NCBI GenBank assembly: GCA_038523235.1
Contig: JBCBJQ010000003.1
Coordinates: forward strand, 1 to 64,000
Direction of reading: 5' to 3'
Length of the DNA: 64,000 bases
From: Cyanobacteria bacterium J06626_4
Lineage (GTDB): Bacteria; Cyanobacteriota; Cyanobacteriia; Phormidesmidales; Phormidesmidaceae
This document shows, one piece after another, positions 62,821-64,000 of the stretch. The notes under the pieces are model-generated. The model saw nothing but the letters and a program-made list of their open reading frames with translations, was not told the DNA's origin and did no database searches. The stretch's first letter is position 1, and each line of letters opens with the position of its first letter. A program made the translations under genes and the position numbers.

Positions 62821-64000
62821 GGGCGGGTTTGAGTCAGCTGACGGCGTTGCATCTGGTCATAGACGTAGCGCCCAATCTCCGGAAAAATTTCGGTGTCGGC
62901 GGAGTAAACGGCATCATTGGCAAACACCACTAAGATGAACCGAGTCTGGCCGTCGGGCGTCGCGATAATCGCCGCCTCTTGACGACCATCATCAAAGGTA
63001 AAGCCCAGTTTGGTATAGAGCTGGGTGTCTGGGGGCAGATATTCACCCAAAAAGCCCTCAATGGCGTTGGCACTGTCGGTCTGCCAAACAGCAGGATCGG
63101 TGCTGTGTTGTAAATGCGCCTTGATGCGATCGCTGTAGGCCGGTGAAATGGCTTGACCCATCTCAATTTCGTAAAGTAGCCGGGCCGTCTCCCGCGTGGT
63201 CAGATAGTTGCGCTCAGTGAGCATGGGGACGGCGGTTGCGGCCTCACCGGTAGCTAACTGCAGGTCTCTGCCGGTGCGCTGATTAAGCGCCAGATCGGGA
63301 ATGGGAAACGTCTTGTGGGCGAGATTGACATCGCCATAGTTGGCCAGTGTGAAATACTCGTTGACGGTATTTCTGGCGGTGCTCCACTCAGCGAGGCTGG
63401 CGTCGTCTAAACTCTCTCCCGAGGTCGTTTGAGTAAGCACGTCTAAAACTCGACTAGAGGCCCCGTTGTTGGAGTAATGGGCCATCAACGCTTCATCGTC
63501 GGCAATCAGATCAACCTCGGGCTGCAGGTCACCCGCATCGTACTGGCCGTATAAAGCGACGAGCCAAAACAACTTGACCACACTAGCCGGATATCGTCGC
63601 TGCTGATCTTGATAGTGGCCATAGTCGCAACAGTGGTCAGTCAAATCAACCAAACTGATCGAAACGGCTGCTGTTGGCTGGTTGTGCTGGGCTAATAGGT
63701 CGAGAATACCCGCCATAATCTCGTCCAGACTCGGCGACTGGCCCGGCAGCGAGTTGGTTCTAAACGGGGGCGGCGCTGTCGCCGTGTAGCGAAGCTGATC
63801 GTAATCACGGGCGATCGCCAAAAAGTCGAGGCTGTGAGCCGCCGCCGCCGCTGACTGTAAAGGCTGGGATGCCAGCGGTTCCACGATCGGTGACGCTGTG
63901 CAGGGGGGCTGCTCACCGGCGATCACACTCAAGGCCGCGGTCACAAATTGCCGTTGACCAGGGCAGGTCGGTTGGCTAACGTGACGGACTGGGGCGGCTA
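62817..64000 (-). CDS. Serine hydrolase, class A beta-lactamase-like (5' end probably outside the window)
   Basis: YPASVVKL (SxxK), YSNN (SDN-like) and KLG (KTG-like); the frame stays open to the right edge. Confidence 0.85.
   Translation of the reverse strand, partial: AAPVRHVSQPTCPGQRQFVTAALSVIAGEQPPCTASPIVEPLASQPLQSAAAAAHSLDFLAIARDYDQLRYTATAPPPFRTNSLPGQSPSLDEIMAGILDLLAQHNQPTAAVSISLVDLTDHCCDYGHYQDQQRRYPASVVKLFWLVALYGQYDAGDLQPEVDLIADDEALMAHYSNNGASSRVLDVLTQTTSGESLDDASLAEWSTARNTVNEYFTLANYGDVNLAHKTFPIPDLALNQRTGRDLQLATGEAATAVPMLTERNYLTTRETARLLYEIEMGQAISPAYSDRIKAHLQHSTDPAVWQTDSANAIEGFLGEYLPPDTQLYTKLGFTFDDGRQEAAIIATPDGQTRFILVVFANDAVYSADTEIFPEIGRYVYDQMQRRQLTQTRP

Larger units (their letters stand above)
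1..64000. repeat. HIP1 octamer GCGATCGC, dispersed throughout
   Basis: Many occurrences in coding and intergenic DNA, e.g. 55-62, 488-495 and 1083-1090. Confidence 0.95.

Overview
A 64-kb window of core chromosome from a filamentous cyanobacterium. Frequent HIP1 octamers (GCGATCGC) and psbV, chlP, cikA and phycobiliprotein lyases identify it as cyanobacterial; a Leptolyngbya/Nodosilinea-like placement is my inference. Most of the roughly 50 genes are housekeeping or photosynthetic: cobN (partial), cikA, dnaK3-dnaJ, hemF, a dgdA-like glycosyltransferase, recO, msrA, psbV, accD, sufE, remA, rqcH, tRNA-His, hemE, ruvB, ftsE, an RhlE-like helicase, ycf29/Rre1, chlP and ilvD. There are also three PEP-CTERM-type proteins and a pseudokinase/NarL regulator/CHASE2 kinase/DUF928 signalling cassette. 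There is no CRISPR array, prophage or transposase. The best find lies in the apparently empty 42.3-44.0 kb gap: a glnA-type glutamine riboswitch in front of an unannotated 42-aa hydrophobic protein with its own RBS and terminator. It faces a second unannotated 53-aa ORF preceded by a duplicated 73-bp element. Other highlights are a shared palindromic operator-like motif in the CHASE2/DUF928 cassette, two MITE-like families joined at CTAG junctions, single-base frameshifts in dnaK3 and recO (probably sequencing errors) and a decayed Uma2 pseudogene. All calls come from reading the sequence by eye; no searches were run.
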